From NCBI GenBank assembly GCA_963845755.1, contig CAWJTV010000047.1, positions 64,001 through 128,000 on the forward strand: DNA of 64,000 nt, written 5' to 3'. A model generated the notes under the pieces. That model made no database searches and was not told the DNA's origin. It worked only from the letters and a program-made list of their open reading frames with translations. Shown here in pieces: positions 1-9,222 of the stretch (position 1 is its first letter; each line of letters begins with the position of its first letter). Made by a program: the position numbers and the translations under genes. Origin of the DNA: an uncultured Planctomycetota bacterium. GTDB taxonomy: Bacteria > Planctomycetota > Planctomycetia > Isosphaerales > Isosphaeraceae.

Positions 1-1379
1 GTGTGCGTGTAACCGGCCCCCAGGTAGGTCAGCAAGGCCAGGCCGGTCACCGCCGTGTCCGCCTCCCAGTAAGCACACTCCCCGAAACACGTCTCGCCGG
101 GCGGGCAGTGGCTTGTGAAATCATGTTCTCCTTTGGCGGGCGTTCCATCATCGTAGCGGCCGACTCCGGCGTCCCAGCGTCCATCATCGTCCTGGTGGCG
201 GGCCAGCCAGTCGAGGGCACGCTCCACGGCGAGCTCGCTCGCCTTGCTGCCGCCCAGGCGCTGGGCCTGGCCGGGACGGTCGGGGTCCAGCCGGGGCTGA
301 TAAACGCGCGGGATCTCGGCGAGGGTCCTGGCGGGTGGACGTTCCTCGAGCGCCGCCAGGCCGGAGTCGCCGCCGGAGGTGGCGCGCGGCTTCGGTATCA
401 CGCGATCGAGGGCGAGCAGTCCGGTGGTAGCGGCCTCCGGTCGAGCCGGCGGGACGGGCTCGGCTGAGGCGTCAGCACCCGCGGGAGACGCAGTTCCCGG
501 GCCCGTGGTGCCGGATCCACTCGACCCAGCACTCGCGCCCAAGGGGCCAAGTCCGACAAGGCCCGCGTCTTCGTTCTCTCCTCGCGCACTCGCCTTGATC
601 GGGTCGCCGGTGAGTTTGGGGCGGAGTCGAGCGTCGGTGCGGAGCGTTCGGTCTCGTGTCCCCAGGGCTGCCTCGATCGCGCCACGACCGGCACCTCGAG
701 CCCCACCGGACTCGGCCGGGGATGGTGGCGGCTCCGACGACGCCCGATCCACTTCGGCCAGATTGGGGGGCAGGGGGGGCGCGGGCTTCGGAACCAAGGG
801 ATCGGGTGTTGTAGTGGGTTCGGCACGAGGGCCGACGACCGGCGGATCTGGCAGGGGCCGCGACGGACGAGGCGTCGCCGTCACCACCGGGATCGGTGGC
901 GGTAGGACTGGCTCCGGGTCGGGGCTGGATCGTTCCGCGATCGTGGGTCGAGGGGCCGGAATCGTCACGTCCGCCAGCCGGAGCGGCCCCGACGGCAACT
1001 CCAGCCGAGGCGCCGGCGGTGCGGAACTGTCGCTCCCGCTCGAAGGAGCCCGATCGCGCGTCAGCGACGGTCCAACTTCCGGCGGCTTCGACGGTTCGAC
1101 CAGCGGTGCGACCCGGATCCGACGAATATGCGACCGATCTGCCGACTCGTCGGACTCTCCGCGAATCGCCAACTGGACGGCCGGGACCGTGCTGCCGAAC
1201 AGCACGATTCCCAGATGGGCCGCCAGTGACAGCACCAGGCACTTCCGTAACGCCCTTCGCGAGCCCCAGCAGACCCAGACCAGCACCGCGAGCCCCACGC
1301 TCGCCAGCCCCAGCATCAGCCAGGCGCTCAGGTCGGCCCGCAGCAAGAGGAGGAATGTCTCGAGGTCCAGTCCGGTCAT
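1..1379 (-). CDS. Membrane-anchored protein with Pro-rich linker and C-terminal prenyltransferase/squalene-oxidase-repeat domain (runs off the left edge)
   Basis: Not in the ORF track because it is open at the edge. Translated by hand from ATG 1379: MTGLDLETFLLLL...VLSLAAHLG (TM), a long Pro-rich linker, then SELAVERALDWLARHQDDDGRW...TGLALLTYLGAGYTH, which is typical of this repeat family. Confidence 0.8.
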   Translation of the reverse strand, partial: MTGLDLETFLLLLRADLSAWLMLGLASVGLAVLVWVCWGSRRALRKCLVLSLAAHLGIVLFGSTVPAVQLAIRGESDESADRSHIRRIRVAPLVEPSKPPEVGPSLTRDRAPSSGSDSSAPPAPRLELPSGPLRLADVTIPAPRPTIAERSSPDPEPVLPPPIPVVTATPRPSRPLPDPPVVGPRAEPTTTPDPLVPKPAPPLPPNLAEVDRASSEPPPSPAESGGARGAGRGAIEAALGTRDRTLRTDARLRPKLTGDPIKASARGENEDAGLVGLGPLGASAGSSGSGTTGPGTASPAGADASAEPVPPARPEAATTGLLALDRVIPKPRATSGGDSGLAALEERPPARTLAEIPRVYQPRLDPDRPGQAQRLGGSKASELAVERALDWLARHQDDDGRWDAGVGRYDDGTPAKGEHDFTSHCPPGETCFGECAYWEADTAVTGLALLTYLGAGYTH

Positions 1380-1551
1380 GTCCTAGTCCTTGACTGCCTG
1401 GTCCTCGAATCCTTGGCTCGTGCCGTCAAGCCGTAGCCACGGGACCCAGGACTCGGGATCAAAGAGCGCATGATACCGGAAGATGCGAACGGATCGCAGG
1501 GGTTTTTCCCGACAGGTCGGGGATTCGGCCGTTTGCCTGTGAACGCCGTCG

Positions 1552-2542
1552 TCAGGATCCGATCTTGCCGGTTTCCGGTCGTTGAGCCGGCTGCGTTCCC
1601 GGATCGTCCAGCGGTTTCAACTGATGGGGCGTCCGGGCCAGAGGGATCGGCTTTGCGGCGGGAGGCGCACTCAGGGCGATGGCCTCGATGGTTTCGGCCC
1701 CGAGCCGGTCCAGGGCCCCGGCCAGCGTCTCGACGTGTGTGAGCACGCCATCATAGGCGACGAGTGCCAGTGTTGCGATAAGGATGCCGGTTGACAGCGG
1801 CGTGATCGCGGCCGCCAGTGCCGGCCCCCAGGCGATCGCCGGCGAGGTCCTCGCGGCGATTCCGGACGACGGGGGAATGGCCTCGAGTGGCGCGCCCCAG
1901 GGCGAAGAGCGTGCCCAGTACGCCCAGCAAGGCCGCCAGGGCCGCGACGCGACGGAGCGTCCCCACGTTCCTTCGGAGCCGCTCCGTCTCGACCCGGTGG
2001 GCCAGGGTCACCGCGCGTTCCAGGTCCGTCGCCGGTCGTCCCCAGCGGCGGACTGCCGCCAGCGCCACCCGCGCCGCCGGACTGGGATTCCGTTCGCAGA
2101 AATCCAGCGCCTGACCACAATCCAGCTTCCCTTCGTGGAGCCGGTCCACGAACCGCGCGGTGAAGTCCGACGGCATCACGCGACGCGAACGGAGCCGGAC
2201 CATCCGCTCCATCAGCACGACGATCCCCATACCGGCGCATGCAACCAGACCCCCCCAGATTACCCGATCCGAGGGAGGCGTACGATCGTACCAGGCGATC
2301 AACCATGCTCCCGCACGCCTCATCCGCGTCAGCATCAGACCAACGCGGCGATCGCGGATCTGGATCGTTGAGATTTCGCTGACACCCACCTGGGCGGAGG
2401 AGATGCTGCGCGGCCGTTGATCGTCCTGTTCGGTTGAACCGGGATGATCCGCAAATCCTGTGCAGGCTGTCAGAAGCCAACAAATGGCTCCCCAGGCGCC
2501 CAGCACGACGATCGAGGCGCCTTTCCGGTTCCGGCGGCTCAT
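1552..2542 (-). CDS. MotA/TolQ/ExbB proton-channel family protein (one frameshift near 1890)
   Basis: LRRNVGTLRRVAALAALLGVLGT from ORF 1751-2638. After a 1-nt shift it continues ...ALAAAITPLSTGILIATLALVAYDGVLTHVETL into ORF 1552-1746. Confidence 0.8.
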
Positions 2543-2606
2543 AGGACGGGTCCCTCCTGGCGAACGAAGTTCGGCGCGGGTCTCCAGACCCCGCCCACTG
2601 CGGGAA

Positions 2607-5600
2607 TCATTGCGACGACTTTGACGTTGGGGAGGCACGCCGGTTTACAGCGTCGCGGCGGGCCCGGGCCGTCGGGGCATCCGGATCCCCGGGAAATCTG
2701 GCGAGGAGCCGTTCATAAGATTCGGCGGCCTCGGCCCACTGATCGAGTCGTTCGTAAACTTTTCCCGCTTCTAGCAGCGCAGCGGCCTGCCAGCGGGGGG
2801 CATTGTAGAGGATGTCGACCTGGAGGAACTCGCGGAGGGCCTCGTGGCGCCGATCCTCGTGGAAGTACGTCTCGCCACGCAGCAACTGGGCCTGTGCGCC
2901 CAGCTCATTCCCGGGTTTCGCATCGATGACGGACTGAAATGCAGAACGCGCCTCGTCCAGACGGCCCTGACCCATGAGGGCCTGTCCCCGCGCATAATCG
3001 AGCTCGGGGATCGACGGATCGCCCGCGGCCAGTTCGGATCGGAGCGACTGGATCGCCGGGATCACGGGCTTCCACCGTTTCCGGACCACCCAGGTTTGAA
3101 TCTGCTTCAATCGAACGACTCGCCGGAACGCCGGAGGATCCTGGGCGTCAGATGGCTCGTCGAGGAGGGCCGTGAATCCGGCCTCGGCCGCGGCGGCGTC
3201 CCCGGTGTTCAGGGCGGACTCGGCGCGCAAGAATCGGGATTCGCGACGGTACGGTGAGTCAGGAAACTCGGCCAGCAGCCGATCGAGCGTGGTCGCGGCG
3301 CCGGCCCAGTCCCGGAGGTCCACCTGGGCGCGCCCCAGCCGATACAGGATCGCGGGGAGCAGGCGCGCCGGCGGGAGTACCCCCCCGCCTTCGGCGCGTC
3401 GGCGGGCTCCTTGACAACCAGGGGTAACAGGAGCCGGATCACGTCCTGATACTGATGATCCTGGTAGGCCGATTCCGCGAGATTGAACCGCGCGTCGGCC
3501 GAATAAGGGCTCTGGGGATACTCCGCCAGGAGTCGTTTGAACACGCGGTCGGCCTCGGCCGGCTTGGCGGCATCGACAAGCGACCAGCCCCACTCGGCGA
3601 GCACGGCGTCAACCGTCGTCCCTGCTTTGGCGAGGGATTCGCGTAGGTGCGGATCAGACACGAGCCGCTCGAACACAGAGGCCGCATCCGCGTTACGGCC
3701 CAACCGGGCGATCAGCCGGGCTCGGGCCAGGACAGATCGGAGTCCCTCATCGGTCGTGGAGAATCGTTCCGCGACGCGCTCGTAGGCCGCGAGGGCGTCG
3801 CCGGTTTGGTTGGCGGCTTCGAGCGCGCGGGCCTGCGCCAGGGCGATCTCGGGCGCGATCGGGTCGCCTGGGGCCATTGCGAGGAACGCGGCGAACGTCT
3901 GGGCGGCCTCGCCCGGCTTGTTAAGTTCCGCAAGTGCCCGCCCAAGTCCGGCGAGCGCGCCGGAGTCTCAGGGCCGGCTCGATCTCCTTGTCGCCTTGTG
4001 AGGGCACCAGCCGAAACTGCTCCGCCGCCCGATCCGGTTGATGGGCAGCCAGTGCGGCCTCGCCCAACCGGAGCCGCGTGCGGGGGAGGGCCTTGCTGGC
4101 GGGGAACTGGTCCACCATCATGGCCAGGGTCTTCCAGGCGTCGTCGGCCCGGCCGGCCCCGAACTGAGCGACCGCCAGATGCGCCAGGGCGTACTCGGCG
4201 ACGTCACCTCGAGGATTCGCGGCCAGGTACCGCTCCAGCGGCCCGAGTGCCTGGGCGTATCGGCCCGCCTCGACCTGTTCTTGACCGAGAAGGAACAGCG
4301 CATCGGCGGCGACGGTGTCGTTTTTCGACTCCGAGAGGCGTGCGAGGAGGGCATCCGACTCAGCAGATCGGCCCAGGGCGCGGTACACCAGGGCGAGCTC
4401 ATAGCGCGCGTCCTGCGCGGCCGTCGCGGAGAGTGCGGGAGCCGAGCCCTCATTCGCGCCGGGAGGCGGGTTGAGGAGGGATTCGAGGATCGTCGCCGCC
4501 GCGCGGTGGTCGCCCGTCTTCGCCGCGGCTCGAGCCGCGATCAGTTGGACATCGCCACGCAGGGGACTCCGCGGGAATCGGGTGACGAATTGATTCGTCA
4601 GCTTCCGCGCCGTCGGGGAATTGCCTCGTTCGAGTGCCGTCTGGGCGGTGCGCTGCAAGGCATCGTCGGCCCAGGCATCGTCCGGGTCGGCTTCGACGAC
4701 CTTGAGGAACAGTTCCTCGGCCTCGGCCAGGCGCTTGAGTTTCCGCAGGGCCTCGGCAGAGCGGAATTGCAACGCGGACATCAAGGGGGACTGTGGTGAA
4801 TTCTTCGCGGCGGCCTCCAGAGTGGCCAGGGCGTCCGCCGGGTGGTTCTGTTCCAACTCGATTGTCGCCAGCTCCAGCGCGGCCTGAACCCCCAAAGCCT
4901 CCGCGGGAAGGCCGGTCAATTTCTTGAGGAGCACCTCGGCTTCCGCCGACCGGCGGAGCCGATGAAGGGCCTGGGCGCGTCTTAGCCACGCTTCGTGCTT
5001 TAAGGCGCTGTCGGGCGCCGCCCGCTCCAGGGCCAACATCGCCGCAACGACCTCCGCGAACTGCCCCGCCGCTTGATGGATCGCTCCCACTTGCAGCCAG
5101 GCGCGGTCCACCCATTCCGGGCCCCCTCTCTGCGTCAACTCCTGCAATATACGGAGTGCCCGATCGTGTTCTCCCAGCCCGGCGAGTGTCCGGCCCAGGC
5201 CGTACCGGGCTCGATCCGCCAATTTGGCGCGCGGAAACTTCGACAAGGACCGTTCATAGGCGATCTTCGCCCCGGCGAGATCCTTCAACCCGTAGCAGAC
5301 ATCCCCCAGGTAAGTCCAGGCGGTCTCGAGCGCCGAGTGATCGGCTTTCGTCGCGGTGAACGTTTCGAGGGCCTGACGCGCGGCGGGTAGATCGCCCATC
5401 AGGTAAGCGAGTTCCCCCAGGCGGTAGCGTGCGGTCAACGCCCGGGAATCCGCCGGCGCCTCTTTCAGAAACGTTTCGAAGGCCCGTCGGGCGTCCTCAT
5501 GTCGCCCCTGGTACAGCCGGGCGTTGCCAAGCCCGAAGTGCGCATCAACCCGATCCAATCCCTTCGGGCCGGTCAACAGGAATCGATCGTATTCCGCGGC

Positions 5601-5873
5601 CGCCAGGTCGAACTTCCGCTGACGGAAGAGGCCGTGGGCGAACTTCAAAGCGTCCGGGATCGTGCGCGGGGCGGTTCCGAGGTTCTCCCCGTCGCGCGCT
5701 TGCGGAGCCGACGATGAGCCGTTGGATTTCGACGAGGCATCCTGGCCGATCGATTCCCGCGCCATCAGGGCGATCACCGCCAATACCGCGGGGACCCAGA
5801 TGAGATCGATGGTGATTCCGCGTTTCTCCACTCGGGCTGACGACGGCAGAACCTCCTTGCGGATACGGGACAT
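2607..5873 (-). CDS. Large exported tetratricopeptide-repeat protein (frameshifts near 3990 and 3380)
   Basis: Three overlapping ORFs (3921-5921, 3209-3877, 2607-3593) all carry TPR/CpoB-like repeats (FP.S..AD.A.Y.LG). There is an N-terminal hydrophobic segment and an AAGGAG RBS before ATG 5873. Confidence 0.8.
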
Positions 5874-5967
5874 TTCCGACTCCTTTGTCCTATTCAAGGC
5901 TTCTCGGAAAGGACGCCGCAACGTCGCGCCTCATCGTCGCGGCAGACCGTGTCAGCCACCCGCGAGG

Positions 5968-6183
5968 TCAAGCGGTGTCCCCGTCGCCCGGAGCCTCTTC
6001 ATCGGGTGGGTTGCTGAGCATGGTCATGATGTGCCGGGCCAGATGATCCTCGATCTCGCGGTGGCGAGGAACTGGTTGGGACACCCCGGTGACCGGATTT
6101 CGGTACCAGTCGTGCCGACCCCCATGCCGGACCAAGACACACCCCAATCCCGCTATTGTGCGGATCAGGTCGACCCGCTTCAT
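5968..6183 (-). CDS. hicA: HicA family toxin (mRNA interferase)
   Basis: MKRVDLIRTIAGLGCVLVRHGGRHDWYRNP...VPRHREI carries the HicA motifs. Its start overlaps the hicB stop. Confidence 0.9.
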   Translation of the reverse strand: MKRVDLIRTIAGLGCVLVRHGGRHDWYRNPVTGVSQPVPRHREIEDHLARHIMTMLSNPPDEEAPGDGDTA

Positions 6184-6371
6184 GGGATCACCAACTCATC
6201 GACCTTGCGGATACCAGGCAGTTCGCCGCTCGTCAGGTCCCGGTAGAGGTCGGCCAGATGTTCCTTCAGGTCATCCAGCGAGTCGCCCTGGGTCCAATAG
6301 TCGGGGTAATCGAGCAGATATCCGAGGAAGGCGTCCTCGTCTTGCCAGTGGATGAATTTGATGATCTGCAT
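6180..6371 (-). CDS. hicB: HicB family antitoxin (short form, no DNA-binding domain)
   Basis: MQIIKFIHWQDEDAFLGYLLDYPDYWTQGDSLDDLKEHL (TQG.s.ee motif), with a GGAGG RBS upstream of ATG 6371. Confidence 0.85.
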   Translation of the reverse strand: MQIIKFIHWQDEDAFLGYLLDYPDYWTQGDSLDDLKEHLADLYRDLTSGELPGIRKVDELVIP

Positions 6372-6674
6372 GCGGATCCTCCGGAGTCTGCGACTCTCGA
6401 TCAGAATTGTAACCCGATACCGGCCGTTCCGCCAAGCCGCACTCCTTCCTGCCGCGACCACCATGTCATGCCGGTCGTGCCATGGATTATCATCGAGCAA
6501 TAGGGAGGTGCAACACCGCTCGAAAGCCACGTGCGGACACCGGACCAGGATGCGATCCTGGACTCAAGAGGATCGAGCGCAACGCTCGCATGCGTTAAAC
6601 TGGTAGGTGAGGCCAGTCTCTCCCTCCCGTGCGACGAGCCGGCTCCGACTCAGATCGAGATGGAATCCCGACCG

Positions 6675-9109
6675 ATGAGCCAGGAACTGCATTACACCTC
6701 GGTACCTCATGGTTTGAAGCCGGGCAGCCGCGGCTTCGGCGCGGTCGGCGTCACCGCCGATCTGCCGGACCTGCTCGCCGAGCGGCTTGAGAGCCTCAGC
6801 GGTTACCAGGTCGTGTATCCGCCCGGGGATCCTTCGGCTGCGCTCAACCCGGTCGTGCACGCGCACGTGAGGTTAACCGTCGGGGGCAAGGTGCTCGATG
6901 TACTGTCGCGGATCGGTCCGGCGGGGCTGGACTATTCGGGGCGGCCGAACAAGTACGCACACCACGTCGTTCTTGACGCCGACGAACGCCCCCAGGGCGG
7001 ACCCGCCTGGTTGCTGAGCCAGCCGGGATTCCTCCAATCGGCCTGGACAGGCGAGGCGCGAATCCTCCACGAGGGGCCTAAGGTCCCGCCCGGCGACCGG
7101 CCGGCCGGCATCGCCGAAGCCTGGCAGGCTCTGACTGGCGACGCCGGTTGGGCCGGCGTAATGGCCGAGTCCTATCTGGCCGACCCCCGCCGACCCCTCT
7201 TCCTCGTCTTCCGACCGGGAATGGACCTGCTGCCCCTGTTTGTCGAGGCCATCGCGCTGTTGCCGGTATCACGGCGCTGGGAGGTCGAATTCAGCACGTA
7301 TTTCACCACGCTTCCCCAGGGTGTCACCAGTATCTGGAGGGGTGTCCTTGACGGCTCGGCCGAAGCCAGGAACGCCAGCCGACTTCCGAACGCCCTGATC
7401 GTCAACCTCTGCCGCCCCGCCGGACGCGCCCGAGGAAATGCCCTCGTCCATCTCGCCCGCACGGGGGAGCGCCGAGAGACGGCCGGCGCGGAGAACGCGC
7501 CCTCATCCACCGAGTCGGGTCGTGGGGCGCCCCGGATGGCCGGTCCGCCACGCCTCCATCCCGGCGAGCGCGCTCGCGGATCCAGGTCAGGCGCGCACGG
7601 CATTCCGGATCCTCTCCCGGATCTCGCCGCGCGGATGGCGGCATCCGCACTGGTACTCTCCGACGGCAATCTCAATCGGAAACGACGTCGGTCGCGCACG
7701 ACCCTCGCTGCGACCGTCGTGGCCGTCTGCCTCGTCCCTCTGATCGCCGCTGGACTCTTCTGGTCGCCGGCCCTTCGCAAGCAGTTCGGATTCGAGCCCA
7801 CGGTGAGACCGTCGACCGCCGGTCTCGTCGGGCGGCTTCCCCCATCGACCACGACCCCCATCGCCCGCCACGACCACCCAAAAGAATCCGAGGAGAAATC
7901 CGCTCTCAAGGAAGCCGCGACGAAGCCAGGACCGCCGCCGCTCCCGACTGTCGCGACCTCGCCAGAGGCCGTCCGCAAATCGGAAGCGAAGGTGTCTCCG
8001 GCACCCGAACCCCCGGCCCAGCAACCGCCATCCCGATCCCCTCCACGCCCCGACCGAGTGGACCGGCGATCGTGGCGTTCGCCCTCCCGGATATCCCCAG
8101 GTCTCAGTTCGGTGGCCCGGTCCGGCAAGATTGCGAGCTGACCCTCCCGGAAGATGCGGGCGACCGGCTCGAGATCCTCAACGCCCCAGGGCTCCGGCTC
8201 GTTCCACCGAGCGGATCGAAGCCCTGGGAGATCGCCACAAGAGCCGGGATCAGTCGCCTCGATAGTCCCTCAACCCTCGCCGAACTCAGTCAGAAGGACG
8301 CGCGGACCTGGCGGTTCGGCTGGACCAAGGACGCGAGCAAGCACTCAGTCCGCGCCGACGAACTCAGGGACACGGTCTTGAAATTCCCGGCCCGAGACGG
8401 CCGTACCCTCTTCGCCTTGCTGCGCGCCGTCGAACCCCGCGACGACCGACCGCTGGCGATCGTCACGAACCAGCCCCTCCTGTTCGACCGCCTCGAGCCT
8501 CGAACCCGATCGGTCGTCTGGACGCGCCATCCCGAGGCCCTCTCGGGGACGAAGTGGAAACTGATCATCAATCGTTGGAGGCTGGTCATCTCGCGTCCCG
8601 ATTCCGACAAAGAACCCACGAGGCGCGCGTTCGAGTCGATAAGCGGCGAGTCCAGAAAAGACCCCCAGGTGCCGGGTGCGACGAGCGCGCGCGACGTGAT
8701 CCCCGGCGAGGTGACCCTCAAGCTGTCGATCGATCCCGAGAGTCTCGATACGATCATCGTGCGGCTTGTCCCTGACCGCGACCGGGCGACCGAGGGTCGC
8801 AAAGAGCGCGCCGGCCGTCGGAAGACGCTACAGGAAGACACTCCCAAGGACGGGGAGGGCCGCGATCGCGACCCCATCGCCTACCGCCGCGACAAGCTCC
8901 GAGAGCTCGAAACGGCCGGAACGAAGGATGAACCGGCGATCAAGACGATCAAAGAGGAGATCCGTGGTTTGAAGGAGCTTGACGAGATCCAGCAGACCGA
9001 AGAGCTGCTGGCGAAGCCGGCGCGAACCGAGCTCAGCGTGGTCATCGCCATGGAACTCGACGACTCGACCATCCTGGAGATCGCCAAGATCGGCGACTTT
9101 GCCGATTAG
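6675..9109 (+). CDS. GAP1-N2 domain protein with central TM helix and C-terminal extracytoplasmic region (frameshift near 8030)
   Basis: The N-terminus MSQELHYTSVPHGLKPGSRGF...LESLSGY...VLSRIGPAGLDYSGRPNKYAHH matches my recollection of GAP1-N2 (GTPase-associated protein 1). TM segment LAATVVAVCLVPLIAAGLFW. ORF 8072-9109 continues it in another frame. Confidence 0.7.
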
Positions 9110-9188
9110 TCCGTTGTAAGTCTTCCCTTCTGTGGCACCGATCAGGAGTGGGACGGAAGCGGCGAACGCCCGGCGGCTCAGAAGAACG

Positions 9189-9215
9189 GACCACGGACCC
9201 TGACCACTGACCACT
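9189..9215. repeat. Short heptamer tandem repeat (GACCAC[G/T]) x ~4
   Basis: gaccacg-gaccct-gaccact-gaccact, directly before ATG 9223. Confidence 0.6.
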
Positions 9216-9222
9216 GCGTAAA

